From positions 68,510,001-68,574,000 of the forward strand of contig NW_026262690.1 in assembly GCF_021869535.1 (NCBI RefSeq): 64,000 nucleotides of DNA, in the 5' to 3' direction. The notes below the pieces were generated by a model that was not told the origin of the DNA, did no database searches, and saw only the letters and a list, made by a program, of their open reading frames with translations. A program made the position numbers and the translations under genes. Shown in pieces: positions 25,071 through 38,118 of the stretch (position 1 is its first letter; every line of letters starts with the position of its first letter). This DNA comes from Mytilus californianus (Eukaryota).

Positions 25071-28000
25071 GTATTTATTTTTATGACGCTGAACTATGTT
25101 TGTCTTCAAAATATTTGTCTTTTTTAAAAGTTGATCAAAGGGGAAATAGGGAAAAAGGGGGAGGACTCATAAACCAAACAATATTTTAGGTCTTATCCGA
25201 AGGAGATAAATGTGGCGTTTAAGATATTTTTCAGACTAAGGAAACTTCTGCAGGCATGGCTATATTTTGTCTTCAGATGTAAGAAATGACCATGGCAAAA
25301 CCATGATTTTGGGGAATTTATTTCCTCGATATCTGTAACAAGTTATTAAGAGAACTTGAACGTAACCGGTGATTTTCTTCTTCTTTGTATAGGGGCGTTC
25401 GCCGGTGCATCCTATCTCAATCCGCGCCTGCCCTGCAACCTGTTTCATCAGGTATTTCGATAACAAATGTTATAAAGACCAGAAATATAAAAAAAAATGT
25501 TGGTGAGGCCTAGAAACAAACAATCCTAAATCGAACAGCTAAACAGGTGCCCGCAAGGCTGTTTAAACATCACAAGATTTACCACTAGATGAAAGACAAC
25601 TCGGATATCCCTAAAGTACAAAATTATGTCGCTTCTAAAGGAATATGTATATTTCTTTTACGCTTATGGGATAATACAGAAGTAGGCAACGAGAGAAACA
25701 GACATGATGCATTTCATACCCATTTGATGATAATGAGATGAATGAAGAAAATGATAGAAATGAGAATGTAAGGATAGAGTAAACTATTGTGAATGTAATA
25801 AGTATAAGAAATCCCTTCAGAAGTACCTTGTAATACTAATTTTGTAATATCATATTTTGAGCATTCTTATAAAAGTTACAGTAAATCAGTTGCTTCTCTA
25901 TCTATGGTCAAGTTATTTTACAGTCATGACAAACATGAATAAATTCTAGGCCTTAAGGCTTTCGCACACGATGTTAAATTGATAAAAAGTATAGTTGTTT
26001 TTTAAACGATGGATTCTAATTTGCACGTTATAGAAAATTGACCTACATTTTTGCTTTTTAAAACTTTTAACAGATGTGCCTTTGTGAATAACTGCGGATT
26101 ATATTAATGTTTATCTACTGCTGCTTTAAATAACGTCGACTAATTTGATGGTTATCAAAATGAGGCAACGCCATAACCAGTTCAATACTTGAAACTTGTC
26201 TTAAAGCGACATGTTTGACAGTGCACACCATTGGGAGGAGTTTTCCCTGACGCCTTTCAGTGTTTAGCGATAAAACTTTTTGTTTAATAGATTAATTGAT
26301 TTTCATAAATGTTACTCCCGTTTCACAATCAGATGACTATCTATTTGTAGCATAACTGATTGCATTGACAAGACTAGCCATTCAAATTTTATAATAAACT
26401 TGATTTAGTGAAAGATTATTGTCTGTACTAAATAAGTTAAGTTGTAATCCCAATTGACTTACCTCAGCAAAAAGTCGTACCGCTTTAAATTATATCTAAA
26501 ACACTGTGTTACTTTTCACAGAAAAATTATGTTAAATAATGAAATTTTAAGCTTTTTTTATGCTCACGTTTATATTGAAAGCTAGGAAGAAACTTTAACA
26601 CACTTATAACACTCGTGTTAGATTGTCACCAGCAAATTAGAATGTTTTAAAATCAGAGAAAAATTTTATTTAGTCATGTCGCTAGTAATAATTTATGACA
26701 GAAAATTGACCCAAAGATAATTGAAACTATTATACAAATACGTATTCATAAAGTTAATGAACATCAAAATCAATAGAGCACCACAAAACAGCCGAATCCG
26801 TCAAAGGTCAGGTTGGCCGGCAATTGTTATATCCATTGTTTTGTCAGTTGGATATCGGAACGTATGATAAAGTAACGACCATTTGATATTTTGGGGGGGT
26901 ATTTTTTTCACCTTGAATTAATAATTTTTGTTGTTGCTGGGCATGGTTATTTCTTTTTCGAGCGGACATCGATATCAATTTCAATAAGGTCACTCTAGAC
27001 ATGTTGTTTGTGTTTACTATTTGTTTATTATGTCACCCTGAGTTAACAGGGTTGAGAAAAATTGTCTATAGACTCATTAAATTGTTCCTCTCCACGGAAA
27101 TCTTTAGTAAAAGGCGAAAGATTTATTCGTGGTTTGAAGAGAAACCAGAGTGACGTATTAAATGATAGTCTAATTGTTATATCAATATTATAAATTCTTT
27201 GCAATGGTATTGAAATTGAACTAAACGAGGAGAACGTGTTGCAAATACTCCATCCCTTTTATAAATTTGCCTTCATTAATCACAAATTTGAAAAATTATA
27301 GTTATAATAAATTATTACTATGTTGATTTTAACAATATACGTTGTTTGTATGAAGTAAATTAGAAAAAGTTAACCACCCATCAAATATCCAAGGAAAAGG
27401 GAGGTAATCAATGTTCATCTTCGATAAATAATCAGTATATATAAACATCAATCAGCCCATACACATATAAACATAGATCTCGGGGCAATATTTTCTTTTT
27501 CAATTTGTTTTCTGATATTTTTTTTAAAATTATTTTTCTATGTGTTATTTGTTATTTTCTATTTGCTGTTTTTATTATCCATGTGCAGCATTCCAAAAAA
27601 TGAATTAAATTCCAATATCAACAAAAAAATTTTAAATATTGAATTTTAAGAATGCGAAGTCATTTGCTGTAGAACTACGGACGAGGAAAAATTAAGTCAA
27701 AAACCAAAATATCATATTTTAGTCATCGTAGTTAATTTTCTTTCTTTAATCAGTGATAAATTTGCAACTTGTCTTCAGGACCCTCAAAGAAAAATGAAAA
27801 ATGAAAATATCAGCATAAAATTATTAAAATGGAAAAAGAATGCGAAGTCAAGACCCCATTGGTCGGGAAATTATTATTTTTTGTTGTTGCTTAAATTAGT
27901 GAAAATATTTCTACCATGTTTATCAATTTCGACTCGGTTATATTAGCGTATCTAATTTTTTTTATCATTGTAATTTTTTTCCTGTGTTTCCTCTGTTCAG

Positions 28001-29049
28001 AGTACTTATATTAACAAAGTATTAAGGTAACACGATACCAAATGGCATATCTCCCGATTTCTGAAATTTTTGGCACACTTGTACTTTGGTTAAAGTTTAA
28101 TTGAAATATGAAATAAAAAAAATTCTTGTTTTTTTTGTAATTTTGATACGTAAATGTCAATTTTGTCGCCAAATTTACAAAGATATATAGGAAAAATACA
28201 TTTTTTAACTAGTATTTTTATCAGCTAAATGGCCACTACTTAAATGCATCATCTTATTTACAACTCCAAGGAGAGACAATTAAAAAAAAATACAAATGCT
28301 CAGATAATTAATCATCTACTCAACCAAAATTTCAGTGGAGTCGACAATATTTACTTCGCCGACCATACCAAATTGCTCATAAATGAAAATGTTCATGACA
28401 ATCTGCTCTGCGAGGATAAAATTCAATTAAATGAAAAAGGAATATCAATACTTTCCAGCAACATCAAAAGAGCAATGTACATTGTGTTGCATATACGTCT
28501 CCCACCTACAAGATCCCAAAGTAAATTGGGACAGAGACAAAACCAGGGGCGAGGACGTGGGCGTGGTTATGAATGAATCTCATTGAGGAGTGATCATCAT
28601 CAGAACTCCAAACAGTAAGTTGATCTGTTATTATACTATTTTCCATTGAAATTGTATTTTTATTCTCTCGATCATCAATACTAGTATCTGATAAACTTAT
28701 TATAAAATACAATATATCTGAGATCGACTTAACAAATTGCAATCAAAGCTACATTGTAATGTTATTTGGCAAGTTCAAACAAAGAGGTCTTGGTAAGATA
28801 ATAGAATTTTGTTTGTCTCATATTTCTATAATAAAACTTTTATATGCTGTGTAAACTTACTTTGAATGTGTCATGTCAAAATTTTCAAAACCAATGTTCC
28901 ATTTAAATGTGCTTCTGGAATGGGGGGGATTTCTAAAATATAATGATAAAACGCATGATCCTCTTTTCATAAATAATATTGAATATAGGTATGACTCTAT
29001 TAAGTCAGTTCTTGAAATCATCACAGACATCAATCAAATAGCTTTATAT

Positions 29050-29882
29050 TAGGGATGTCAACTCGGTGAACAATTACTAATCGAGTATTCGTTGGTTTCA
29101 TCGAGCGATACTCGATTACTCGCTCGGGAATATATCTACAACACGGAAACACACAAATACTTTATATTCTATCATGGTTTGTTGTTCAACGGACGAAAAG
29201 TATCTAAAAGTATCTAAAAGTACAGAAGTATCTGGGACAAGGAATTACACACCATAATTAATAGTTCATTACCTACAAATACTAATTAAGTAAAAACAAT
29301 AATCTAATCAACATAATTTAATGAACACCTATTTAAAAATTATAACAAGGAAAGACCATATCAAACAATAGTATTTGGTAATCGTTAAGAAAACACATTT
29401 AATGTTTGCAAAGGCGTAATGATTTTACTATTCACTGAGGGTCATCAGAGGATGCAACGAATCTATTTTATTTGGAAACATTTTCTTGTCAACTATTATT
29501 GGGTACAGTCGGTTTTGCAACTTTGTAAATAGCAGTCTTGCTGACGAAAATATTTGCTCTGACGGTACCGATGTGACGGAATGGCAAAGACATGTTAATT
29601 AGTTTAAAGTGTTAGCCTAGGTATAGCGCCCACGTATTTTTGGAGGCATTTTAAATGACAATTTAGCACAAGCATTCGAAACAAAATGTATGTTATTTAC
29701 TAGTATGATTAATCAGTGATGCCTATTTAATTTTCCGAAAGAGGATCTCTAGAAGATCAATTTGATATTAAGAAAACAGCAATATTCTAACAGGAAACCG
29801 ATTAGTCGAGTATCGTTTTAGTATTCGATACTCGGTACTACCGAGCGATACTCGAATACTCGAGTACTCGTTGACATCCTTA
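29050..29882. mobile_element. hAT-like MITE, 833 bp, 8-bp TSD
   Basis: TIR tagggatgtcaac / gttgacatcctta. Perfect TSD CTTTATAT at 29042-29049 and 29883-29890. Subterminal tactcga repeats. Confidence 0.92.
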
Positions 29883-30097
29883 CTTTATATACACAAAAAT
29901 TAATAGCTTTAAAACTTATATAAAAAAAATTTAAATCATTTTTTATAGATTTATGGCACAAACGGATAAAGTATTTAGATGATAAACTTAGAACTTATGT
30001 TACATGTAAATCAAGTTTTGGATGAGAAATATATCTTTCCATTATAAGGATATTTGAACAGAGAGGAAGTTTAACAAAGCGCAGAAATTCAAACTTA

Positions 30098-30323
30098 ATA
30101 CGACGGGTTCCCAATGTGGAACAGGATCTGCCTACTCTTCCGGAGAACCTGAGATCACCCAAGTTTTAAGTGGGTTTCGTGTTGCTCAATCTTTATTTTT
30201 CTATATTGTGTTTTGTTAACTGTTGTTTGTCTTTTGCTCTTTTTCTTTTTTTTTGCCATGGCGTTTTCAGTTTATTTCCGACTTATGAGTTTGAATGTCC
30301 CTTTGATATCTTTCCCTTCTCGT
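30098..30323 (+). mobile_element. Penelope-like 3' end fragment inserted in LINE remnant
   Basis: cgacggg...ccggagaacctgagatcaccc...gaatgtccctttgatatctttc matches the 3' end of 34397-35487. Flanked by TTA. Confidence 0.85.
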
Positions 30324-32171
30324 TTAAGAAGTGAGTCCGGAAGGTATCAGGGTACTGTCCTAAATGACAGAACTTGTATTCGTTGTAACTCTGGAGATGT
30401 GGAGGATGAATATAATTTTCTATTTCAATGTGTAAAATTTGATGTTGATCGCATTCATCTATTTCAAGAAATAACTAAAAGTTTCCCTAATTTGATCAAT
30501 CTTAACTCAAATTCACAATCCTAGAACATCGTCCCTTGGTACCTGTTGCAGCTAAGCAATCAAACATATAGACATTTCCAGCAAATATAAAAACTGAAAA
30601 GATAAAATAGAAATAGCTGCAGATACAATCAAGTGAGTGGACATTTTCCACAACTCTGGAGTAGCAACCCTAATATATATATATTTATTTAGCATCTAAT
30701 AGACTGTATGACTCTTTATCAATATTTAGGTTTATTATATGAATGTCATGTATAAATATTGTATGATGCAAAGGATTATATTTGTTATAGGTATATGCCC
30801 CCCTTAGGGACCTAATAATAGGGAAAAATAAAATATCTTTATCTTTATCTTTATATACATATGTGTACATAATCATTGTGGTATTAGCTCAAAGACACGA
30901 TTAGGTAAGAACAACGACTTAATAACAAACAATTCAAATATTGAAAATTTGCATGCACACGTTTCGGTATAAAATGTCATACAAGTAATTACATAGTCCA
31001 CATAGTATTTTGTTTTCAACAATGTCACATGTTTAAATAGTGTAAACAATGCAATAAATTCATTGGAACCGGTCGGAATGGGGTCGTCAAATCCGATGCC
31101 TTGTGTTGAGATAGCTAGAGTGCCACGCTCTCTGCAAGTTAAGAACTCTTGCAACAACCCATATGAGGGGTCTGAAGGTGGAATGTTGCAAGGCTAAATT
31201 CCTGTGATTATCTAAAATACCCTCATTTTCCAGTGATATTACATAGTTCTCGCCCTTCACCCGGTCGACCCCCATTACAGGACCAACTTATTGTATTAAA
31301 TTTTGATTTGTTCTCGTCCTGAACTTGCATGAAAATTTGCCACTGGAGGTTAAGCAAACAACAACCAATCAATCCTTAAATAAAAAAAAGCTCCCTCCAG
31401 ATGTGGATTTTGGGGTCTAGAGGTCCTGACAACACCTACTAAAGTACATATATAGTTAATGCATGGACTTTTTACAAGTCAGACTCTCAGATTTCACGAC
31501 GTACAATTCCGAATTTCTGGGTGCTATAAATACATACTGTGTCGTTATGACGAGAAGTAAATTGGAGATCTCACGGATTAATACAAAATTTAGCAAGCAA
31601 CTAAAGCAAGCGCGGGATTACATATGATCAGACATATACGTGAAATGCCCATGTAATGAGCGATGGAACATATTTCACAATCACATTAGTTTATCTCTCG
31701 TTTATAAGATGAAATCCAAATAAGATAATGCATCCATCACCATTACAAATGTATTACAGGTCTGTTAAGTCAAATAAAATATTAGTTATAGGTTGCTTTT
31801 TTTGGACGCCGAGCCATACATGTCATTACACCAACATGGCAAAATCGATATTACGACACATTGTGTCGTTATGCAGCATAAATGTCGTTAATTATTACGA
31901 AATTTTTTGTGCTACTGAGCATGACATGTTGACTTGTTATAACGACATAGTTAGAAACACGTCGGACACAGTGTTGCGAGTTAATTATGTTTATGCAAAA
32001 AGTAAATTGAAAAGTTTTGATTATGTAAGGAAACTGTATTCATTAGTAACAAGGTAGATGTAACTGTTATATCATATTTCAGCTTACAACAAACTCGACC
32101 TTGCATTTTCTTACACACATTTCTCAAAGGTTAAAAATCGAATATGCATGACGATATTTTTACCAAAAGCG

Positions 32172-32497
32172 TAATTTTGAACTATCAAGCTACAACGAAC
32201 TCTCATCTTTAAAAAAAAAACCAAACAAATAGACCAAAGTCTTAATTGATGCTCTCTAGAACTTATCCTTTTAACAAGACAGTCATAACAACTTTACAAC
32301 TGTTCGCAGATTTCTATGGCAATGATTACGGTGATATAATTTTGAACTATCAAGCTATAACGAACTCTCATCTGTAAAAAACAAACTAATGGATTAAAGC
32401 CTTAATTGATGCTTGCTAGAACTTATCCCTTTAACAAAACAGTCATAACAACTTAACAACTATTCACAGATTTCTATGGCAATGATTACGGTGATAT
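32172..32497 (+). repeat. ~166-bp tandem duplication upstream of copy 2
   Basis: taattttgaactatcaagcta...tatggcaatgattacggtgata occurs twice. Single copy in unit A (~17203-17380). Confidence 0.85.
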
Positions 32498-32584
32498 ATT
32501 TTAACAAACTATAGATTTTTGCTTGATCACAGCTATTCCAAAAACACGTGTCATTAATTGCACCCAAACATTGGCATCATAGTT

Positions 32585-33900
32585 TTTACCTGCTTTCGTC
32601 GATGGCGAAAGCAGGTCTAGTTACCGCTCGACTCCGTCCGTTCGTCCGATAGACCTTGGATAGAAAACTTTGATTGTTATCAAAGTTTTCCTGGCTTCTA
32701 TGGAAGGGAGTGATTTGATATTTGGTCTGCAGCTTCCTAATGTTGAGATGTAGCGAGTAAGCACTTTTTACTTGCTCTGAAGCCACTTTCTGAAACTAGT
32801 ACAAGTCAAACTTTCATCACATTTTCATGGCTTCTGTCAATGGTTAATGGTTTAATATGTGGTCTGCAATTTCATATTGTTGAGTTGTAGCGAGTAAGTA
32901 TTTTTACATTAGCCGTTCATTCACTTCCTGTTTGGCAATATTTTGAAATTTTACAACACTCATTGTACTTGGACAATTTCCGTCAAAACTTTCTAAGCTC
33001 CTATAGAAAAACATGATTTAATATTTAATCTGCAGCTTTATAACATTGAGTTGTAAGGCGAGTAAGATATTTTTACAACGTACATTGTACAATGAAATTT
33101 TGCTTTGGCTTCTATCAAGGGGAATGGTGTAACTTTGGTCTGCAGCTTTATAATGTTTAGTTGTAGCGAGTAAGCTGTTTTTACACCAGCTGTGCATTCA
33201 CTTCCTGCGTGCCGATAGTTGAAATTTTACAACACTCATTGTACTAGGAACATTTCTCTCAAAGTTTTCTTGGCTCCTTTCAAAGGGAATGATTTAATTT
33301 TTGGTCTGCAGCTTCATAATAAAGAGCTGTAGCGAGTAAGCAACTTTTACATCGGCTGTGCAGTCACTTCGTGTTTGTCTATCATTTAAAATTTTACATA
33401 ATACATTGTGAAATGAAAATTTTCGTCAATTTTTTCTTGGCTTCTATCAAGGGAAAGGTATAGTATTTTGTCTGAAGCTTCTGAAGTTTGAATGTCCATC
33501 TGGTATCTTTCGCCTCTCTTTCATAATGTTGAGTTGTAGAGAGTAAGCAATTCTTACATCAGCCGTGCATTCACTTCCTGTTTGCCGATAGTTTGAAATT
33601 TTACACTAATTGTTCTAGCAAAATTCCGTTAAAGTTGTCTTAGCTCCAATTGAAGGGAACGATTTAATATTGGTATTCAGCTGGACTATGTCCAGTTGTA
33701 ACGAGTAATCAGTTGTTACATCTACCATGCAGCCACTTCTTGTTTGCCGATAGCTTGAAATTTTACAACACTCATTGTACAAGGACATTTTTTGCCTCAT
33801 TTGTGACTGTCAATAATGAACAGGAGTGATCAGTTATGCTTCAGAATACATGTTACCTCGATCAATTGTATGTAAAGACGCAGAGTCAAACCTGGTATTG
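32585..33900 (+). mobile_element. HINE-like element carrying ~7 units of a ~166-bp satellite
   Basis: Inserted in a T-run. Perfect 11-bp stem acctgctttcg/cgaaagcaggt (32588-32616), then tccgtccgttcgtccg, then repeated ggtctgcagctt...gttgtagcgagtaag units. Absent from unit A. Confidence 0.75.
33482..33519 (+). mobile_element. 38-nt extreme 3' tip of the Penelope-like element inside a satellite unit
   Basis: gc-TTC-tgaagtttgaatgtccatctggtatctttcgcctctct-TTC-ataatg interrupts the consensus gcttcataatg. Confidence 0.75.
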
Positions 33901-34023
33901 GTCTTGATTCTATATATATATCTACATCTCTACAATTCTTCTCTCTTAGCCCTATACTTACACATCATCATTTTATTAGCATTTGTCTAAAAATGATTCT
34001 TTTCTCTTATTGTTGTAGCTGTA

Positions 34024-34237
34024 ATGAATTCAAAATACAACGTAGTGAAGAATAAAGATTTAGACCAAGGATGGGCGTGGGTGATTATGGTAGCAGCATG
34101 TGTTGCTGGTATCATAAACGGATTACTTATCTACGGGGCTGGTGTTTTCCATGTGGCTCTACTCCAGAGGTTTGAGGAAGACAATGCACACACAGCACTG
34201 ATTGGTTCTATATTTACAAGTCTCCTCTCTCTCATAG
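34024..34237 (+). pseudogene. SLC16: SLC16 copy 2 exon 1
   Basis: MNSKY...DQGWAWVIMVAA; tgttgtag|ctgtaATG, ATAG|gtactt. Confidence 0.85.
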
Positions 34238-34396
34238 GTACTTAATGATTAACCATTAGTGCTTATTTTATATAGAATTTGCTTACATCAAGTTTTAATG
34301 TTAAGACATTTCTAAATTTGCAAAAAGCATATTTTTTTCTGGTTTGAAGGACATTATCGATTGGTTCGATCATTCGTTCAAAAATTCCAGACCTAA

Positions 34397-35487
34397 AAGA
34401 GGGACGAAAGATACCAGAGGGACAGTCAAACTCATAGATCGAAAACAAACTGACAACGCCATGGCCAAACATAAAAAGACAAACAGACAAATAATAGTAC
34501 AGATGACACAACATAAAAAACTCAAGACTAAGCAACACGAACCCCACCAAAAACTGGGAGTGATCTCAGGTGCTCCGGAAGGGTAAGCAGATCCTGCTCC
34601 ACATGTGGCACCCGTCGTGTTGCTTATGTTATTACAAATCCGGTAAATAGTCTAATTCGGTAGGTCACATTCGTGAAAAGGGAAGGGTATTGTAGTTACG
34701 ACATAAGGAACATATCCGATATCATCTGTGAAACGGATATTCCGTAACGGTCAACCAACTCGTGATGGCGTCCGTAAAATTTACGAAGGGATGATTTCAA
34801 CTTCAACATTTGGAACTCTTGGTTTAATAGCTTCCTTGTGAGCAGCAATCCTCTATCAAGGAAATCATGATAGGAAATACAAGCCCGGGAATATCGTATC
34901 AACTGGGAGATATATACTCCGTATGCAGGCGCTGCTGGAATGTTGCTACATAAAAATGGAAAGTTTACAATTGAGAAGCTGTAATCATCTCTTTTGTCGT
35001 AAAGTTTTGTTTTCAACCGACCCTCATTGTCAATTTCTAGATTTAAGTCAAGATATGAGGCAGACTTAACTGTATCTGTAGTATCCTTTATCTCTAGTTC
35101 GATGGGATAGATTCGTTCAACATAGTCACCAAATTTTGTATTATTTAGTGAGAGAACATTATCTATATAGCGGAACATAAAGTTAAAGGATATTGCTAAC
35201 TTCTTATCGTTCTTCCTAAGAAGTTCCTATATGAAGTCAGCCTCATAATAATAAAGAAACAAGTCGACAAGAAGAGGGGCACAATTGGTTCCCATAGGAA
35301 TTCCGAAGGTCTGTTGAAAAACACGTCCTCCAAACGTAACAAATATGTTGTCAATCAAGAAATCATGCATCTTGATAATGTCAGTTTCAGAGAATTTTTT
35401 GTTTTGAATCAGAGTGATTCTTTACAAAGTAGGATTTATCCCTCCTCCCCAAGACAAGATACTTGTATCTACGTTCGCCATTCTTTT
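34397..35487 (-). mobile_element. 5'-truncated Penelope-like retroelement (RT at C-terminus, Naiad-type architecture)
   Basis: Minus strand encodes FLIDNIFVTFGGRVFQQT.GIPMGTNCAPLL, FRYIDN (YIDD degenerate) and AYGVYISQLIRYSRAC, ending right after the thumb with no C-terminal GIY-YIG. One frameshift and one TAG. The empty site is visible in copy 1 (~17995-18020). TAA flanks both ends on +. Confidence 0.9.
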
Positions 35488-36482
35488 TAACATATACATT
35501 CAACGGAACCGATATGCCGTATAGTAAATACTACTCATCGACACTTATGCGTAACCTTTAGTAGCAACAGGAAATGGTTTATTCATATTGATAATATTAT
35601 ATCAAGTATATCTAGACATTTATATTTCTTGCGTAATTTGAAATATTGTCGTAACAAGTCAAATTGAGGGAAAATACTTATTCATTATAAGACTTATATT
35701 TGAATGTGCCAGTAAAGTCTAGGATAACTGTAGAACTGTTAATGCGACTAAACTACCGAAAATTGTCTAATACCGATGTTTTTTACAAATAAATTTGTTG
35801 GGAAATCTTAAAGAACACCGGTAACAAGTTGTTTTATAACATTTAAAATCAAAATGCTCAAAGCTTCCATTGCAGTTTAATACAATTCAATACAAACTAC
35901 TACTGTTTATCCCTTGAGAAATGATGGTGATAGTATCTCACCTTTTATAAGAGTCCTTAACCAGTAATTCTGATATCCGTCCAACTAAGCGTCAATCACA
36001 GAATTATTTTAATTTATCCATACGTTAAATAGAATTACTTTCGTAATTTAAATGTGAACTGACAAATTTGTCATATTTTAAAGATGTTATTGTCCATATG
36101 CATTTTTGCTTTGGACCTAGAAGGTTGAACATTGTATAGACCAAGCTTAGATGCTCAGCAACTTTTCTCCACGGCGATATATTTAAAATCAATGATTGTT
36201 TCTGATCCAACTTGTTGTCGTTGGGCTGCTTGTGAGGATTCCAATATTTGTTTCTCATTGTATGTATCAAAATTGAAGGGAAATATTTGCATGCTATAGA
36301 ATATAATGTAGTATACTGCATATATATATATATATATATACACGTCTAAATATGTGACAACTTTATGACAGACATTCTCCATCGGATAACAGGTGGTCAT
36401 ACAGGACTAACACCATATATATATAATTCGTCTCAAATTTAGCAAAACAATGTTAGATTTTCAAATTTGCGTTAGCTGTATA

Positions 36483-37010
36483 CTAGAACACACCCGCGGG
36501 TCCGTGGCTGAATAAAAGTACCTACGCCTAATTTTTAGCACGGGTTTTTAATATTCGTATTGTCATATGATAAAGTCATGCTGATTATAAGGTGCACAGT
36601 TTTCTCTGCTTTCAAAATCTTTTAGTTTGAACCCATCCTGGTTTTCTTACTTGTTTTTATATTTTGCATTTTTCATATTTGATGATAAGCGAATGAGATG
36701 AGTGTATGTTCGTATGTTTTATTGCATTGTACGTATTGTTTTGGGGGAAGGTTAACTTTTTGGTAGTAAGACCCGTCACGGCTAGGCTGGGAAACTGTGT
36801 GTTAAATGTCCTTCTTAACACCATAACCCATGGTGGTGCTTCTATTAAAGGAAGAAGATACATAACACACATACATACTACAACCGGAAACTCCATGTGA
36901 CATATAATATTGGTATCGGTATCGGATTCGACCCGGAACTTGTTAATTATTGGTTATATTAATTATGTGGAAAATTGAAGGGCCTGGAATGGTGTAATTT
37001 TTAATCTATA
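36483..37010 (-). mobile_element. Non-autonomous Helitron-like element
   Basis: Minus 3' end acccgcgggt palindrome then gtgttCTAG|T. 5' boundary approximate. Confidence 0.5.
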
Positions 37011-37418
37011 AGTTATTCTAAACGACGATCTATTTAAAATCAACGATTGTTTATGATCCACCTTGTGGTCATTGGGTTGCTTGTGCTGATTCAAATATTT
37101 GTTTTCTCATTGTATATATCAAAATTGAAGGGAAATATTTGCATGCTATAGAATGTTATGTAGTATACTGCATGTATATATATATATATAAATTGTCCCA
37201 AATTTGATTAACTTTTTTATCCTGTTTTGCTTTGTTTTTGCAAATAAAATGTTTGAACTTAAAACTTATAAATAGTAGCTTCTGCCATACCAAATATCTT
37301 CAATAAGTGTTTCCAATTTGTACTTTTCCGTTTTAACAATATATTTATTAACATAAATTGAGCTAAGTTACTCTTAATATATATTTTTTATACGTAGACG
37401 CACTGTTATCTATTTCAG

Positions 37419-37565
37419 GACCATTAGCCAGTATGCTCATAAATATTTATAGTTGTCGAATAACGATGATAGTTGGAGGCATTGTAATGTTCATTGGATT
37501 TGTCTCAAGCTTTTTCGCCTCTCACAATTTGAATTACATACTAATAACCTATGGAATTATAGCAG
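37419..37565 (+). pseudogene. SLC16: SLC16 copy 2 exon 2
   Basis: tatttcag|GACC...GCAG|gtatac. One nt different from copy 1 exon 2. Confidence 0.88.
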
Positions 37566-37869
37566 GTATACAAATTATACGAAAATAGGTTGTAGTTCTA
37601 AAAATTATATATAATAACATTTATGTTTAGTTAAGAAAACATTTACTTTTTTGGTTAAATATCATTTCTTACGTGTTAGGATTGGGCAAGTTCATGCCAC
37701 CGTTTAAAACCATGAAAAAGTATATTTTGTATATTTTGATTTATGTTTTCGATTCCAATTTGATAATTGCGTTTTATGAAATGATCTAGAAATTTAAGAT
37801 AGTATTGAGTACATCTCGATTAAGTGAATATGTAAAAACCATGGAAATGATAAGTACAATATGCTCTGA

Positions 37870-38118
37870 CGGCTGTTCCAGGTTCAACCCACCATTTTTT
37901 TCTTAAAATGTCCTGTACTAAGTCAGGAAAATGGCCACTGTTATATTATAGTTCGTTTCTGTGTGTGTTTCATTTTAATGTTGTGTTTCTGTTGTGTCGT
38001 AGTTCTCCTCTTATATTTGATGTGTTTCCCTCAGTTTTAGTTTGTAACCCGGATTTGTTTTTTTCTCAATCGATTTATGAATTTCGAACAGCGGTATACT
38101 ACTATTGCCTTTATCTGT
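37870..38118 (+). mobile_element. 3' part of the repeat family that carries a hammerhead at 60.1-60.3 kb
   Basis: gatgtgtttccctcagttttagtttgtaacccggatttg...cagcggtatactactattgcctttat is the reverse complement of 60085-60185. Confidence 0.75.

Larger units (their letters stand above)
16190..25560 (+). repeat. Segmental duplication unit A (SLC16 copy 1 plus flanks)
   Basis: Collinear similarity with ~31150-45900 across upstream DNA, all exons, introns and ~2 kb downstream. Boundaries approximate. Confidence 0.85.
28244..30860 (+). mobile_element. Highly decayed non-LTR element interrupted by a hAT MITE and a PLE fragment
   Basis: 28244-28576 resembles an SGNH-type ORF1 end (EDKIQLNEKGISILSSNIKRA). 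29970-30520 encodes DKLRTY...SESGRYQGTVLNDRTCIRCNSGDVEDEYNFLFQC, homologous to 2443-2853. It shares the 3' UTR motif gtcccttggt.cct..tgcag and has an aataaaa(tatctt)n tail. Confidence 0.7.

Noticed and set aside
28020-28243. TTAA-flanked Kolobok/piggyBac element
   Set aside because: Only about 4 bp of inverted similarity inside the TTAA motifs; insufficient.
34344-34586. Short ORFs overlapping PLE 3' UTRs (also 30213, 41632, 46464)
   Set aside because: They recur only because the same repeat recurs; no domain features.
34400-34620. HDV-like ribozyme in the PLE 3' UTR
   Set aside because: Partial P1- and P4-like pairings exist, but no convincing P3/P1.1 or catalytic J4/2 could be assigned by eye. 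A covariance-model search would be needed.
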